DNA of 26,796 nucleotides, from the IMG/VR virus record IMGVR_UViG_3300020419_000074, positions 1-26,796 of that record. One strand, given 5' to 3'. The position numbers and the translations under genes are program-made. The notes under the pieces were generated by a model. It did no database searches. It had not been told where the DNA came from and worked only from the letters and a program-made list of their open reading frames with translations. This stretch comes from a virus (lineage: Duplodnaviria > Caudoviricetes). Of this stretch, positions 9,201 to 16,597 are shown in pieces (position 1 is the stretch's first letter; every line of letters starts with the position of its first letter).

Positions 9201-10999
9201 TTGCAAACGACTTCACACAAATTCTAAGTGATGGTATTGGTGCTTGGATTACAAACTTAGGTAGAGCTGAACTTGTTAGTGTGTTTACATATTACAATCA
9301 CGTAGGTTACCTTGCAGAAAATGGTGGTAAGATCCGTGCTACAAACGGTAACAATTCATACGGAGATTTTGGATCAGTTGCTGAAGGACAAGATGCAACT
9401 GAAACAGCAATTACAGGTACTGTTGATAATAAATCAACAGAAGCAGAAGTTACAAACGTTTTAACAGACGGAAATAATATTTTAACATTAGAATACGTTA
9501 ATGCAGGTACAGGATATACAGCAGGCGGAACTACAATTACTATAACTGGTGAAGGCTATGGACACGCAATTAATAACCCTGTTGTTACAGCAACTGGCGG
9601 TGTTATGGAAGTTAGGCTTACTGACCCAGCTAGTAACTTAGGTGGCGCAGGATATGTAACTGCCGCAGGTGTAGCACAATCTGGAAATACAACTCAAATT
9701 GTAATTTCAAATACAGACACCGGTATTAACACAACTTATACAGGAATGAGTATATACCTTACAGCAGGTGCAGGTGCAGGACAATATGGTTATATTCAAT
9801 CTTATAATTCTGGTTCTAAAACAGCAACAATTTATAAGCACAGTGACGGAACAGCAGGATGGGATCATGTAACAGGAGTTTCACCTGTAGCTGTACTAGA
9901 TGATACTACAAATTATATTATTGAACCAAGAGTAACATTTAGCGGCGGCGGCGTAACAGCTTATGCAGATATTGCAAAAGGTCGTGTAAAAGTTACAGAC
10001 GGAAAAATTTCAGAAGTAAGACTTTGGGATCCAGGTACAGGGTATAGTGGAACACCAACATTTACATTAACAGATCCAAATAATACTGTTGATGTGCCTC
10101 ACGCAGTTAGAACTGGTGATGGAGTACTAAGACAACCAACATGGACAAATAGAGGTACAGCATTTACTACAGCACAAGCATCAATAACAGGCGACGGTCA
10201 TGCAGATAGATATCAACCTGGTGCAAACATAAGAATTTCAGGTTTAGCATCTGCTCCACAAGCTGGCGCAAACGTGGCATTCTCAGGTATTGCAGGTAAA
10301 TGGTTTAAACTTGTTAAGACTACAAACCTTATAGGCAGTGGACCGTTTGATGCAACATTCCAAGTTAGCCCAGATATTACAACATCAGAAGCACCAGAAC
10401 ACGGTGAAGCTACAACTGTAACAATTAGATACAGCCAAGTAAGATTAACAGGACACGATTACCTTGATATTGGTACTGGTGACTTTGCAGATACTAACTA
10501 TCCAGGAAGTCCAGGAGTTAATCCAGATCAAACCAAAGAAACAAATAACTTTGGTGGTGGTAGGGTGTTCTTTACATCAACAGACCAAGATGGTAACTTT
10601 AGAGTTGGTGACTTGTTTAGTATTGAACAATCAACAGGTATTGCATCATTAAATGCAGATGCATTTAATATTTCAGGATTAAATCAATTACAACTAGGTT
10701 CAGTTGAACTAGGCGGTGATGGTGCAACAATTACAGAATTCTCCACAGACGGAACATTTACAGCAGACAGCGATAATATTGTTCCAACACAAAAAGCTAT
10801 TAAAACTTATATTACTAGTCAAATAGGTGGAGGACAAGGTGAACTTAATGTAAACAGCATAACAGCAGGTGTAGTGCAGATTAGCGGATCAACAATAACT
10901 ACAACCACTAATGTTGCAATAAATACATTACAGAAAGTAAACTTTACTAAAGGGGTTGACGGTCATCCGTTGGCCATGAACTACTATCTACAACAATAA
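6209..10999 (+). CDS. Large tail fibre/spike protein B (1596 aa), paralog of A, with two helical-module inserts
   Basis: GGAG RBS. Same N-terminus style (MAEFKLGRIRFIWK vs MADFRIDRIRFRWK). Shared blocks with A: GDELR, SKSPY.QNVSTFGT, VANDFTQIL.DGIG, ELVSVFTYY, YSQ.RLTGHD.LDIGTG, TDQDGNFR, VPTQ.AI..YI. Confidence 0.75.
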   Translation: MAEFKLGRIRFIWKGDWVTSTTYYKDDIVRYGGNTYICIKGHTAPADFTTSQGTYWNKISDGQDWKGIWVAGTVYKVNDVVAYGGYLYIANTGHTAAATNTLGLEQDQSKWDTFAEGFNYSNDWTINYRYKVNDLVKYGGTVYICITGHTSAATTTLGLEADQAKWQIFSEGFNWKSDWTTSFRYRVNDIVKYGGIVYVCIEGHTSNASAASGLEADQAKWQFSNKGIEYKGDWATATRYKVNDIVKHGGAIWICVTYHTSQTNLSDDEAKWNQFVEGLEFEDSWAGVTRYQPGDFVTYGGYSYVAKTNNLGARPTSSPSDWDLFTAGFRFIGDWGDDSSNYEYFTGDVVRLGGYTYLAIADSSGQRPPNATYWQKLNSGVAWKNAYADATLYDAGDSVRQNTSSYICVLAHTSNTGVNDPANDSGGTYWNQLAGGPETDVLTTQGDLVYYSGSGPARLPIGNAGQVLTVNASGNAPEWAYIGKINNIFYVDTNTGQDLPASNYGVTIARPWKTVRYACEQVNYGALRENAGYLLKRNRNFIAEEALQWVRYNVANPTGIWVGYTCDDEGKCRRDIGYITDSIIWDLTHGGNKRSRDSTMTFFQANGNLLASISDEVAQTNATINFARDLMINSILANTAPATNYQSEMSFTPAHSQVIDTAYTAESDASTLITANIKITTDALTAGVNTNVPAERIANNSIFVKTGQFNEHLPIIVPRETAVIGDELRGTKIVAASAVTGASDVPKSIAAIQRLKAIISDIATNGSVTKTAGNASSQVTSKVAGSAGAGTAANGLFQQLEDYIDFRVNGASGDSTTPTPEGTNTPTSDTGYLFAQECIEANRTFLKDEAVAYINATYPSYSYSEAACKRDVDRYLDGVIYDLKYTGNYRTILNGRYYANSVSGNAKEDMFYMRNGTGLRNCTISGLAGALGSANAYGTKRPDAGAFVSLDPGFGVSDTDAHIVSKSPYVQNVSTFGTACIGMKVDGALHNAGYDSIVANDFTQILSDGIGAWITNLGRAELVSVFTYYNHVGYLAENGGKIRATNGNNSYGDFGSVAEGQDATETAITGTVDNKSTEAEVTNVLTDGNNILTLEYVNAGTGYTAGGTTITITGEGYGHAINNPVVTATGGVMEVRLTDPASNLGGAGYVTAAGVAQSGNTTQIVISNTDTGINTTYTGMSIYLTAGAGAGQYGYIQSYNSGSKTATIYKHSDGTAGWDHVTGVSPVAVLDDTTNYIIEPRVTFSGGGVTAYADIAKGRVKVTDGKISEVRLWDPGTGYSGTPTFTLTDPNNTVDVPHAVRTGDGVLRQPTWTNRGTAFTTAQASITGDGHADRYQPGANIRISGLASAPQAGANVAFSGIAGKWFKLVKTTNLIGSGPFDATFQVSPDITTSEAPEHGEATTVTIRYSQVRLTGHDYLDIGTGDFADTNYPGSPGVNPDQTKETNNFGGGRVFFTSTDQDGNFRVGDLFSIEQSTGIASLNADAFNISGLNQLQLGSVELGGDGATITEFSTDGTFTADSDNIVPTQKAIKTYITSQIGGGQGELNVNSITAGVVQISGSTITTTTNVAINTLQKVNFTKGVDGHPLAMNYYLQQ
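6242..7500 (+). repeat. 8 tandem CBM5/12-like repeats
   Basis: Example: WKSDWTTSFRYRVNDIVKYGGIVYVCIEGHTS. Eight counted, matching protein A one-to-one. Confidence 0.75.
9344..9388 (+). repeat. 45-bp perfect direct repeat, copy 2
   Basis: Identical to 3596..3640. Confidence 0.95.
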
Positions 11000-11014
11000 A
11001 CATGGAGAAATAAA

Positions 11015-11332
11015 ATGGCAAGTGGAAGATTAGGAGCAAGCGATGTAGGAGCAGGAGCATATACGACAGTATACACTTGTCCGGCTTCTACGTTTGCGGT
11101 TGTGAGTATCAACATATTAAATAGAGGAAATAGCTCTGCTAGTGTTAGATTAGCAATAGCGGACGCTAGTACACCGACAGCAGGTGAGTTCATAGAATAT
11201 GATACAGAACTTACAGCAAAGTCGCTACTAGAAAGAACTGGTATTGTTATGCAAGCCGGTAAATTATTAGTTGTCTATACAAACGTAGCAAACATAAGTG
11301 CAGTTGCGTTTGGAATTGAGACAGCGGCATAA
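11015..11332 (+). CDS. Small (105 aa) putative beta-sandwich virion/adaptor protein
   Basis: GGAG RBS. 'TTVYTCPA...VVSINILNRG....VRLAI...EFIEYD..L....LERTGIV' is a style seen in small tail-module proteins of aquatic myoviruses (recognised from memory, not searched). Confidence 0.65.
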   Translation: MASGRLGASDVGAGAYTTVYTCPASTFAVVSINILNRGNSSASVRLAIADASTPTAGEFIEYDTELTAKSLLERTGIVMQAGKLLVVYTNVANISAVAFGIETAA

Positions 11333-11335
11333 ATA
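11328..11335 (+). promoter_or_regulatory. T4-like late promoter (CATAAATA) overlapping the upstream stop codon
   Basis: The TAA at 11330-11332 lies inside the motif. AAGGA RBS and the ATG at 11357 follow. Confidence 0.55.
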
Positions 11336-11356
11336 CAATGACAAAGGAATTATAAA

Positions 11357-11689
11357 ATGGGAAGATATATTAACGCAACTCCAGGTCAAGCATCTACAGT
11401 AAGAACTGTAAGCACTACGTACCAGGCACTTGTAAATGATCGAATCTTAGCAGACTGCTCAGGTGGTTCATTCACAATAACCCTTCCTGCCGCAGCAGAT
11501 ACAATGGCAGGTGATGTAGTACAAATTTACGATATTACTGGAAACGCAGCGTCTAATAACATTACCGTCGGTCGCAATAGTTCAAAGATTCAGAATGCAA
11601 CAGAAGATTTAACAATCAACGTTGCTAACGCTGTTATTACTTTGACTTATACTAATGCAACTTATGGTTGGGTTATTACAACAAACTAA
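11357..11689 (+). CDS. 110-aa protein made of one T4 gp34 (proximal long tail fibre)-like repeat module
   Basis: D-C-S-G-G-S-F-T-I-T-L-P...G-D-V-V-Q-I-Y-D...N-N-I-T-V-G-R-N...I...D-L...Y....GW pattern. Confidence 0.6.
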   Translation: MGRYINATPGQASTVRTVSTTYQALVNDRILADCSGGSFTITLPAAADTMAGDVVQIYDITGNAASNNITVGRNSSKIQNATEDLTINVANAVITLTYTNATYGWVITTN

Positions 11690-11704
11690 GTGGAGAAATA
11701 AGAA

Positions 11705-12715
11705 ATGGCATCGCTATCAACGATCATAACAGCAAGAAATCCGACGTATGAACCGAATGAAAAGAATTTAGAAAAAGGTCAACTTTTCTATTTTACGCCA
11801 TTGGCGGAACACAGCATATGTCACAATTTTACTTGGAACGCTCCAGGAAATGGTTGTGCAAGAGTAGAAATTTGGGGTGCTGGCGGATCAGGTGCAAAAA
11901 TGTGTTGCTGTGGGCAGGGTGTTCCAGGTAATCCAGGAGCATATGTTGTAAAATGTTTTTTAGTAGATGGTAGTTCAAAAGTTTGTGGATGTGTAGGTAG
12001 CTCGTGTGGTAACGGTGACTCGTTATGTTACAGAGGAAGAAGCACAGGCACATGTGTTTGTTATTTTGGTGCAGCCAGTGATAACACAATTTGTGGTTGT
12101 TTATGTGCCCAAGGTGGCGAAGGTGGCACAACTTATTGTTCACCAAGTTCAGGCACTTTTTGTTGTTTTGTAGCAGATGGTAATTTTTGTACAACAGCAA
12201 TGACAACACCAGATGGATCAGCTTGGGGCTCAGGTTGCGGACTAGCATGTAACACAAGAGGCGGCACAGTAGCGGCAACGCAAGCTAACGCATACGGTGG
12301 AGATATTAACTGCCCAGGCGGAATTAGTTGTACAAGTTTTTATAACTGTGATAGTGCAAACCATTGTTATGTTCATTATCACATAAGAACACCAGCAGGT
12401 GTACATTCAACACAAGGTGGAATGGTAACGTTCTCAGGCGATAACGATAGTGCTATAGCTCAAGGCGGCACTGGTCATTATCACCAAAGTCATTATTATG
12501 CACTACAAGGAATGAAGAGAGACCCATCGCAAGGATTTCATATAATGTTATGTTATTTTAGTAGAATGTGCGGCTGTTATGAAAATAACGGATGTCAGGC
12601 TACACCACCACATGGACACGGAGGAGCTCCAACTATGACTTGTAACTCAGTTAGAGATAACGGACAAAGAGGTGGACACGGAGCAATAAGAATTTTATGG
12701 CAGGCAGCCGAATAA
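11705..12715 (+). CDS. Gly/Cys-rich protein 1 (336 aa, 30 Cys), putative fibre-tip adhesin with glycine-rich domain
   Basis: GGAG RBS. EIWGAGGSG..CCC...GNPGAY, CGCLCAQGGEGG, GGHGAIRI. Confidence 0.65.
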   Translation: MASLSTIITARNPTYEPNEKNLEKGQLFYFTPLAEHSICHNFTWNAPGNGCARVEIWGAGGSGAKMCCCGQGVPGNPGAYVVKCFLVDGSSKVCGCVGSSCGNGDSLCYRGRSTGTCVCYFGAASDNTICGCLCAQGGEGGTTYCSPSSGTFCCFVADGNFCTTAMTTPDGSAWGSGCGLACNTRGGTVAATQANAYGGDINCPGGISCTSFYNCDSANHCYVHYHIRTPAGVHSTQGGMVTFSGDNDSAIAQGGTGHYHQSHYYALQGMKRDPSQGFHIMLCYFSRMCGCYENNGCQATPPHGHGGAPTMTCNSVRDNGQRGGHGAIRILWQAAE

Positions 12716-12731
12716 TAGGAAAGAAATTGAT

Positions 12732-13724
12732 ATGGCAACACTAGACACATTAATTAACAACAGACTAAACAAATCCTTTCCAATGGAAGAAAGTAATCTT
12801 GAAGACGGTGAAATTTATGTTTTTTGTTCAGGTAGAGAATTTGGATGTTTCACAAACTGTTTTGCTTGGTATACACCAGCAGCTGGTACTGCTCTAATTG
12901 AAATTTGGGGTTCAGGCGGATCAACAGGATGTCAATGTTGTTGTAACTTTAGTGTAGGTGGCCAATCAGGTGCTTATGCTAAGAAAACAGTAACTATGGC
13001 CGCAGGCGGATACGTTTGTGGACAAACAGGTCACCCATGTATGCCTAATGCAGGATTTTGTTATCCAAACTGTTCAATGGCAACCTGTGTATCTATTTGT
13101 TTAGGAACTGCTAGTACATGTAGTTGTATGTGTGCTCAAGGTGGTAACGGCGGATTTACAGGATGTCACACAGGTAGTTCGACTATGTGTTGTTTACAAC
13201 AATGTTGTTTTGCAACAGTAGCTGCACCAAGTGGTGCAGGATCAGGTTGTGGATATGTTTGTGGATGTAGAAATACATATGCAGTAGCAACTGCTTACGG
13301 CGGAGATATTAATTGCCCAGGAACGTATGCTTGTGTAGGAACTTGGACTTGTAATACATCAAGTTCTACAAACCATATTCAACACTCAAATGCTATACCG
13401 TTTGGGCAGTTTGCAACATGTATGGCAACAGCTATGTCTGGTGCAGACAGTGGTAACTGGTCAGGGCAAGCACAATCAGGACAATTTAGAGCTCCATCGA
13501 TGAATGCAAAAGGTTCAATTAGTACAGCAAACACACCAAACTTTCCAGGATTTTCAGCTTGTTGGAACTCAAGTAAATTTTGTGCATGTTATGAAACACT
13601 AGCTTGTGTACCGTATGTTCCACCAGGACAAGGTGCAACAATGTCACAAGGTTGTCCAGATGTTAGAGATGTAGGATCTCGAGGCGGACTTGGATACGTA
13701 AGGATATTATTTAAAGCGACTTAA
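12732..13724 (+). CDS. Gly/Cys-rich protein 2 (330 aa, 33 Cys), paralog
   Basis: AGGA RBS. EIWGSGG...CQCCC...GQSGAY, CSCMCAQGGNGG, AYGGDINCPG, GGLGYVRI. Confidence 0.65.
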   Translation: MATLDTLINNRLNKSFPMEESNLEDGEIYVFCSGREFGCFTNCFAWYTPAAGTALIEIWGSGGSTGCQCCCNFSVGGQSGAYAKKTVTMAAGGYVCGQTGHPCMPNAGFCYPNCSMATCVSICLGTASTCSCMCAQGGNGGFTGCHTGSSTMCCLQQCCFATVAAPSGAGSGCGYVCGCRNTYAVATAYGGDINCPGTYACVGTWTCNTSSSTNHIQHSNAIPFGQFATCMATAMSGADSGNWSGQAQSGQFRAPSMNAKGSISTANTPNFPGFSACWNSSKFCACYETLACVPYVPPGQGATMSQGCPDVRDVGSRGGLGYVRILFKAT

Positions 13725-13738
13725 TAGGAAAAATAGAT

Positions 13739-14836
13739 ATGGCAACATCATTAGGATCATTATTAACAACTAGATCACAACTTACAGCAAGTGCATCAGA
13801 AACCAATCTAATGAAAGGTAGAATCTGGGGATATACTCCACAGAATCACAGTGAATTTTCAGGAGGTGGTGCTAAGTTTTTTGGTTGTCAAATAACAAAC
13901 GTTGACAGCGATGTATTTGAAGTAGAAGTTGAGATGTGGGGCGCAGGCGGCCGAGGCAACGGATGTATTTGTTGTTGTGGACAAGGCGTTGGCGGTAATC
14001 CAGGTGCTTATATAAGATTTACAACACCTATGACACGTTACGGATGGATTTGTACTACAGGTATGCGAGGTTGTAACAGCGGAACCCATTGTATGTGTGG
14101 CGGAGCAGGTAACTCCACATGTGCTAGAATATGCCCAGGTTGTGTAGCTGGTGTTAATACATATACATGTACTTGTGCATGTGCTCAAGCAGGTTGCGGT
14201 GGCAGAACAATGTGTTTTAACAGTGGAAGTTGGTTATGTTGTGCAGGAGGTCTTGGCTTGTGTTTCACACAAGGAATTGATTTAGATGGTAATTCAGTAG
14301 GTGCTGGTTGTGGAATTGTTTGTAATATGGGTAACGGCAGTAATGGCACTCCGACAGCAGGTAACCTATCAAAAGCATATTATATTAATCAAGGCAACCA
14401 AATGACAGGTGTTGTTTGTTGCAACGTACCAGATACTAATGTTGCAAAAATGTATGTCGGACATTGTAATCCGTGCTGTTGGAATTGTCATAGACAAATA
14501 CTTTATACACCAGCAATGATGTACTCAACGTGCGGTGCTTGTTTTCAAGTAGCTCACTCTTGGCAAGATATGTATACATATGCAGGATCACCTTTTGGTA
14601 ATATGGATGCTGCAACAAACGGTCTAAGTAGAGGACCTACGCTAGGTGGTAGACCAAGTAGTTGTTGGAGCGGTAATAAAATGTGCGAATGTTATGAATG
14701 GACTGGTTGTCATCCTTTCTGGAGACCAGGAATGCCATCACCAGCAACATTTCCATGTAATGGTGTTAGATCACATGGATTTACTCCAGGACACGGATTT
14801 ATCAGAATTACATATTTAGGAGCTATTAAGGTTTAA
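13739..14836 (+). CDS. Gly/Cys-rich protein 3 (365 aa, 35 Cys), paralog
   Basis: AGGA RBS. EMWGAGG...CICCC...GNPGAY, CTCACAQAGCGG, GHGFIRI. Confidence 0.65.
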   Translation: MATSLGSLLTTRSQLTASASETNLMKGRIWGYTPQNHSEFSGGGAKFFGCQITNVDSDVFEVEVEMWGAGGRGNGCICCCGQGVGGNPGAYIRFTTPMTRYGWICTTGMRGCNSGTHCMCGGAGNSTCARICPGCVAGVNTYTCTCACAQAGCGGRTMCFNSGSWLCCAGGLGLCFTQGIDLDGNSVGAGCGIVCNMGNGSNGTPTAGNLSKAYYINQGNQMTGVVCCNVPDTNVAKMYVGHCNPCCWNCHRQILYTPAMMYSTCGACFQVAHSWQDMYTYAGSPFGNMDAATNGLSRGPTLGGRPSSCWSGNKMCECYEWTGCHPFWRPGMPSPATFPCNGVRSHGFTPGHGFIRITYLGAIKV

Positions 14837-14840
14837 ATAG

Positions 14841-14848
14841 TATAAATA
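14841..14848 (+). promoter_or_regulatory. T4-like late promoter (perfect TATAAATA)
   Basis: Exact T4 gp55 consensus in the intergenic gap, upstream of an AAGGA RBS and the ATG at 14881. Confidence 0.7.
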
Positions 14849-14880
14849 TAACGAAAGGTACTTAATTAAGGAATATAGAC

Positions 14881-15549
14881 ATGATAACAAAAACTTTTAC
14901 ACACACTTATCCAAATGAACCATGGAACCCAAGTGTATCCGAAGGAAAAACAGTTGAGGTAACGTGGAAAGGGATAAGATACCACATTTTTAGTAGAGAT
15001 GCTGACGGAAACTTCTTTACTATTGAAGACTCAGATGACAACTTAGACAGACTTAAAGAAGATTTGTCAAAGCACGAACATGAAGGTCATACGTTTCATA
15101 TACTAGATGCAATGAAACATCCACATGTAGCGGCTTATCTTTGGGGTGATGATACAATCCCTGCAAAAGATGCATCAGGAGGCATTCCAGATTATAAATT
15201 TGAAACACCTGGTGATGATGATGATTATGTGTTCGAATATAACACGCAAAATTTTGTGATGTCTTTGTATGATGGATCAACTCCGCTGAAATATGATGTA
15301 GCAAGTGATACATTTACAATGCCATCATTTAACGATCATCCTATTGCTAAGAGTGATATTTTTGATTCATACGATGCAGAAGCGGCAAGAATTGAAGCAG
15401 CTGTTGCAGATAGATCCGATGAGTTTACAGCAGCAGAAATTACTGCTATGAATGCTCAAGCTACTTGGCTTAAAGGTGTTAGAACAGCATACGCTAATAT
15501 TGACACTTGGAAAATTCCACATAAAGAATTAGACTTCACCTGGGAATAA
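14881..15549 (+). CDS. Acidic 222-aa protein, possible tail fibre assembly chaperone
   Basis: AAGGA RBS. Directly follows the fibre-tip-like genes. The C-terminal helix-helix-'WL...Y..IDTWKIP' loosely resembles Tfa-type chaperone ends. No Cys. Function is inferred. Confidence 0.5.
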   Translation: MITKTFTHTYPNEPWNPSVSEGKTVEVTWKGIRYHIFSRDADGNFFTIEDSDDNLDRLKEDLSKHEHEGHTFHILDAMKHPHVAAYLWGDDTIPAKDASGGIPDYKFETPGDDDDYVFEYNTQNFVMSLYDGSTPLKYDVASDTFTMPSFNDHPIAKSDIFDSYDAEAARIEAAVADRSDEFTAAEITAMNAQATWLKGVRTAYANIDTWKIPHKELDFTWE

Positions 15550-15556
15550 TTACAAA

Positions 15557-15564
15557 AATAAATA
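15557..15564 (+). promoter_or_regulatory. Possible late promoter (AATAAATA) upstream of the glycosyltransferase
   Basis: 7/8 match in an AT-rich 97-bp gap. A TATAAGTA variant lies at 15598-15605 and TATAAT at 15610-15615. Confidence 0.4.
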
Positions 15565-15646
15565 ATTCATAATTAAGTACAGCCTTTGGTCTCAACCTAT
15601 AAGTAGTAGTATAATGTTTACTACGAATCCAAAAAGGAAATTATAG

Positions 15647-16597
15647 ATGAGATCAAAGGCTTTTTTTGTGAATGGTGGTTACGGGAGAGTAGTTAGTTCT
15701 ATTCCAGCTTTTGAATTATATGCTAAAGAATCTGATGACGAAGATTTTGTAATTATTTGCGAAGGCGGAACTGATGCATTCAAAGGACACCCTGACCTAG
15801 ATCATCGTGCTTATGACAACTGGCACAAAAATTTATTCAAAGAAAAATTAATCGACAAGGATATTATATCTCCAGAACCATATCGTATATGGGAATATTA
15901 CAACCAAAAATGTAATTTAGCACAAGGATATGACATTGCAATTAATAACAAAGGTTTAAGAGAAGTACCAAAGCCAAGAATGTTTCTTTCAAAAGAAGAA
16001 ATGATAATGGGCCGACAAATAATAAATCAAGTAAAAGAAAGATTACAAAAAGAAAAAGTAGTAATTATACAACCATTTGGTAGAGGTGTACAACACGTTG
16101 ATGGTTCTTTTATCGATAATACTGGTAGAAGTATAGAATATAAAGATTTCAAATTGTTAATTAAAAAATTACAACAAAATGATTTTGCTGTAGTTTCAAT
16201 GGCTGAAATGGGATTTGATTTTAGTAAAGATAAATTACCATTTGATGTTGCTATGCCCGAACAAGTATCATTAAGGCATTGGTCAGCTGCAATTAAATTT
16301 TCTAATCATTTTATTGGTTGTGATAGTGTTGGACAACATTTAGCTTACATAATGGATACTCCAGCAACAGTTATATGCGGTCCTACATTTCCCATAAACA
16401 TTTCTTATCCAGACTGTGACTATTTTAATATTGTTGATCTAGGAATGAAAGACAGAGTATACGATCCAATTAGGATTATGCCAGATGAAACTACATCAAG
16501 GCACAATGAAAATTTAATGACAATGAATGACGACATTGTAGAATATGTTGTTGACAGAGTTTTAGGAAAACCTATACCAGAGGATGACAATGAATAA
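15647..16597 (+). CDS. Glycosyltransferase, GT9 / ADP-heptose heptosyltransferase-like (GT-B fold)
   Basis: AAGGA RBS. C-terminal GT9 signature SLRHWSAAIKFSNHFIGCDSVGQHLAYIMDTPATVICGPT, plus IIQPFG and the N-terminal GGYGR loop. Confidence 0.8.
   Translation: MRSKAFFVNGGYGRVVSSIPAFELYAKESDDEDFVIICEGGTDAFKGHPDLDHRAYDNWHKNLFKEKLIDKDIISPEPYRIWEYYNQKCNLAQGYDIAINNKGLREVPKPRMFLSKEEMIMGRQIINQVKERLQKEKVVIIQPFGRGVQHVDGSFIDNTGRSIEYKDFKLLIKKLQQNDFAVVSMAEMGFDFSKDKLPFDVAMPEQVSLRHWSAAIKFSNHFIGCDSVGQHLAYIMDTPATVICGPTFPINISYPDCDYFNIVDLGMKDRVYDPIRIMPDETTSRHNENLMTMNDDIVEYVVDRVLGKPIPEDDNE

Noticed and set aside
11705-14836. Cys-rich trio as DGR targets, RiPP precursors or eukaryotic/giant-virus proteins
   Set aside because: No reverse transcriptase or adenine-specific template/variable repeat pair was seen. 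They are too long for typical RiPP precursors, with no radical SAM, YcaO or Lan enzymes in the window. SD sites and operon packing are prokaryotic-phage-like.
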